From a virus (Duplodnaviria; Caudoviricetes), in IMG/VR virus record IMGVR_UViG_3300010362_000033, positions 1 to 45,355 of that record: DNA of 45,355 bases; one strand, written 5' to 3'. Shown piece by piece: positions 42,920-45,355 of the stretch. The position numbers and the translations under genes were made by a program. The notes below the pieces were generated by a model. The model was not told where the DNA came from and did no database searches. It saw nothing but the letters and a program-made list of their open reading frames with translations. The first letter of the stretch is position 1. Each line of letters starts with the position of its first letter.

Positions 42920-42948
42920 TTGACAAACCCCAGCGCTGGGCCTATACT
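42920..42948 (+). promoter_or_regulatory. Promoter/operator repeat type A, copy 4
   Basis: TTGACA-AACCCCAGCGCTGGGCC-TATACT. Confidence 0.88.
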
Positions 42949-42954
42949 GTTCTC

Positions 42955-43584
42955 ATGATGACAAAGACACAACGCCGCGCGACTTGCCCCGCATGCTTCG
43001 CCGCACAAGCCGTCACCGCTGGTGGCGCACTCGTCGCGCATGGATACACCAGACCGCAGCACTGGCACCAGAACGTCGGCAATTGCGCCGGCGTCGGCAA
43101 GCCGCACTTCGGCACCGAAGCCGGTCGAGACTACACCGCGTCGATTGCGGCGAACCTGCGCACGCAAGCCGACAACGCCGAAAAGACCGCCGACAGCGTC
43201 GAAGCCGGCACGTCGCCGGTCAGGAAGCAAGAGCGCATCAAGAACACGCGCGTGTATCAGTGGGTCGTCGACGAGAACGCCGGCGACTACGAGCGCAGCC
43301 GGTACGCGGCAAACCTGCGCGCGCACGCGACGCAGATGCGCGCGTCAGCCGCCGAGTACGACCGGCTCGTCGCGAGCTGGACGCCGGCAGAACCGGTGAC
43401 CGTCAACGTCGCCGTCAAGGTCTCGCTCGTGCACTGGCGCGACCAGCGCCCCCGGAACTATGGCGGCAAGGCGTGCGCCGGCTCGCGCATGGCTGCGGTC
43501 AAAGGGGTCATGACGACCGACATCGCGCACGTGACCTGCGAGAAGTGCCGCGAACGTCACGCGCAGTGGATGGCCACGAAATAA
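42955..43584 (+). CDS. Hypothetical Zn-binding protein (probably leaderless)
   Basis: CPAC...HGY...C and H...C...VTCEKC motifs; ATG 7 nt after the -10 box. Confidence 0.7.
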   Translation: MMTKTQRRATCPACFAAQAVTAGGALVAHGYTRPQHWHQNVGNCAGVGKPHFGTEAGRDYTASIAANLRTQADNAEKTADSVEAGTSPVRKQERIKNTRVYQWVVDENAGDYERSRYAANLRAHATQMRASAAEYDRLVASWTPAEPVTVNVAVKVSLVHWRDQRPRNYGGKACAGSRMAAVKGVMTTDIAHVTCEKCRERHAQWMATK

Positions 43585-43609
43585 ATCTGCAGACCCCCAG
43601 CGCTGGCGG

Positions 43610-43638
43610 TTGATAAACCCCAGCGCTGGGTATACACT
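43610..43638 (+). promoter_or_regulatory. Promoter/operator repeat type A, copy 5
   Basis: TTGATA-AACCCCAGCGCTGGGTA-TACACT, with an extra CCCAGCGCTGG upstream. Confidence 0.8.
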
Positions 43639-43662
43639 GCTTTGTATATGGAGAGAACAGAC

Positions 43663-44178
43663 ATGACTCTGAACCTGACCGAAAACGAGATCGACGTGCT
43701 TGACCATATCGCGATGAACAGCTATCAGCCGACGAACTACAGCCGCCCCGAGACCTTCAAAGAGACGTCGTCCATCTGGGCACGCTTCATCACGGATTCT
43801 GGCAGCGAGCGCGCGAAGCCGGCATCGAAGAGTCTGCCGGGAATCGTCGCGTCGCTCGTGAAGAAGGGGCTTGTCGTGTCCAGCAGCATCGGACCGGCGC
43901 GCACTGACGACACCGTCGAGTTGACCGAAGCCGGCTTCAATGCATGGCAGGCTGCAGTGCCGGCGCCGGCGCCCGTCGCCGCTGCCCCGGCGCCGCAGTA
44001 CCGCGTCGTCGTGCATGTCGAAGAAGTCGCCGCCGACGGCACCTGTCAGAACATCGTCGGTGAATGGGAAGTCGGCAAGGTGCGCTTCGGGTCTGCCGCT
44101 GACGCCGTCAATCACGGTCAAAAGGTCCGGCGCGCTGGCGACAAGATTCGCCAGACCGTCAGCAAGGGGCGCAAGTAA
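43663..44178 (+). CDS. Winged-helix-like hypothetical protein
   Basis: LTENEIDVL...GIVASLVKKGLV...VELTEAG; SD GGAG. Confidence 0.7.
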   Translation: MTLNLTENEIDVLDHIAMNSYQPTNYSRPETFKETSSIWARFITDSGSERAKPASKSLPGIVASLVKKGLVVSSSIGPARTDDTVELTEAGFNAWQAAVPAPAPVAAAPAPQYRVVVHVEEVAADGTCQNIVGEWEVGKVRFGSAADAVNHGQKVRRAGDKIRQTVSKGRK

Positions 44179-44438
44179 TGGCGAAACGTATTCGACTCGT
44201 GCACGAAGCCGCCAGCGCGACGCTGGCGGCAGACGTCCACAAGAACGCCTCACGCTACAAGCTGCGGCACACCGATGTGCTCGTCGAAGCTGCGCGCAAG
44301 CTCGAACGGCTGCTGACGAAGCGTCGCAAGGCGCGCCGCGAGCTGCGCACGCTCGACGCGCAGATCAAAGTCGCACGGCGTGAACTCAACGCCGTCACCG
44401 ATGAACTCACGACCAGAAACGGAGCAGATGACCTGTGA
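44178..44438 (+). CDS. Coiled-coil hypothetical protein
   Basis: TAATG coupling. Confidence 0.6.
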   Translation: MAKRIRLVHEAASATLAADVHKNASRYKLRHTDVLVEAARKLERLLTKRRKARRELRTLDAQIKVARRELNAVTDELTTRNGADDL

Positions 44439-44947
44439 AGCGCAAGCGACCGAGCATCCACGTGAAACCGTGGACGCCCTTTGTCCAGATCGCGCAGCCG
44501 CAATCAGACTATTTGCCGGCTGGCCACGAACCCGAGATGACGGTCACGAACAGTCGGTACCACGTCGCGATGTGGCGCGGTGATGATCCGCAGCTCGGCG
44601 AGTACGTGCACCTGTCGATCAAAGACCACGACCGCAGCGCGCGGCACGACTGGCGCGACCTGCAGCGCATCAAGAACGAACTCGTCGGACCCGAGTACGA
44701 AGCCGTCGAGATCTACCCTGCTGAGTCCCGACTCGTCGACACGTGCAATCAATATCACTTGTATGTCTTCGCGACGTGGAAGCCGGCGTTTGGCTTCGCG
44801 TCGCGTCTCGTCGCCGACGGCAAGTCGGCAGTCATGCCGAACGTTGCGCAGCGACCCTTCGAGCAGCGCCCGACCGACTGTCTCGACGGCGCCGCGTTCG
44901 ATCAGGTTTTGCGCGACACCCTACAGAAGAATGGAGAACACGAATGA
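44435..44947 (+). CDS. Conserved phage protein (HLSI...W..LQ.IKNE...YP...N.YHL family)
   Basis: VHLSIKDHD...HDWRDLQRIKNELVGPEYEAVEIYPAESRLVDTCNQYHLYV. Confidence 0.75.
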   Translation: MKRKRPSIHVKPWTPFVQIAQPQSDYLPAGHEPEMTVTNSRYHVAMWRGDDPQLGEYVHLSIKDHDRSARHDWRDLQRIKNELVGPEYEAVEIYPAESRLVDTCNQYHLYVFATWKPAFGFASRLVADGKSAVMPNVAQRPFEQRPTDCLDGAAFDQVLRDTLQKNGEHE

Positions 44948-45355
44948 CCAGACAACGTTATGCCGTCGTCGCTGATCGCGCCGACGGGTCGACCATTGGC
45001 GCCGAAGACCTGCACGCTGATGAAGTCGTCACACTCGTACGCGACGCGCTCGGTGTCGCCGCGAAGCTGACCATCTTGACCGAACGCGCCGGCGTTAAGT
45101 ACGCGCTCGTGCAGTCGCCAGTGCTACCGCTCGACGACGCCATTGCATGGCGACAGCCCGACGATCAGCTCACACGGATCTTTCGCGGCACCGCGACCGA
45201 CAACGATGTCGAGCCGAAGATCACACCGACGCGCATGCGGATCGGTCTGACGCTCGACGAGTACAACACACGCCTCGACGCCATCATCGAGCACTTTCGC
45301 AGCGGCCAGCTGACGCGTAGCGACGCGAGTGCCGCCATGCGCGAGCTGACGTCGC
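44944..45355 (+). CDS. Hypothetical protein, 3' truncated
   Basis: ATGA-coupled start MTRQRYAVVADRADG..., open to the window end. Confidence 0.6.
   Translation, partial: MTRQRYAVVADRADGSTIGAEDLHADEVVTLVRDALGVAAKLTILTERAGVKYALVQSPVLPLDDAIAWRQPDDQLTRIFRGTATDNDVEPKITPTRMRIGLTLDEYNTRLDAIIEHFRSGQLTRSDASAAMRELTS

Overview
A near-complete temperate siphovirus genome or prophage (HK97-type head, GC-rich). It opens with the 3' end of a tyrosine integrase and an attP-like site made of the 3' half of tRNA-Glu(TTC). A long minus-strand late operon follows: accessory virion genes, HNH, TerS/TerL, portal, protease, capsid, neck, two glycosyltransferase genes, tail tube, frameshifting chaperone, tape measure and tail tip. 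Then come a minus-strand early/middle operon (Cro, Xis-like, Bet, DUF1376-type replication protein, nucleases), a CI-like repressor, and small genes each driven by a repeated promoter/operator. Four things stand out. (1) A stand-alone Cas7/RAMP-like gene lies just upstream of a non-coding ~810-nt array of 17 CTCGACG boundary motifs. The units between them are built from 5-nt [CA-NNN] modules, making this a candidate RNA-guided system with a gapped code. (2) The tail-tip protein ends in ~37 His-x-Asp motifs and is translationally coupled to a radical SAM/SPASM enzyme and a Cys-domain/methyltransferase, suggesting RiPP-like cross-linking of a virion protein. (3) An ORF-less 237-nt group I intron splits the major tail tube gene. 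(4) Glycosyltransferase/methyltransferase genes sit inside the morphogenesis operon. Protein family calls come from motif recognition and gene order only; no database searches were run.
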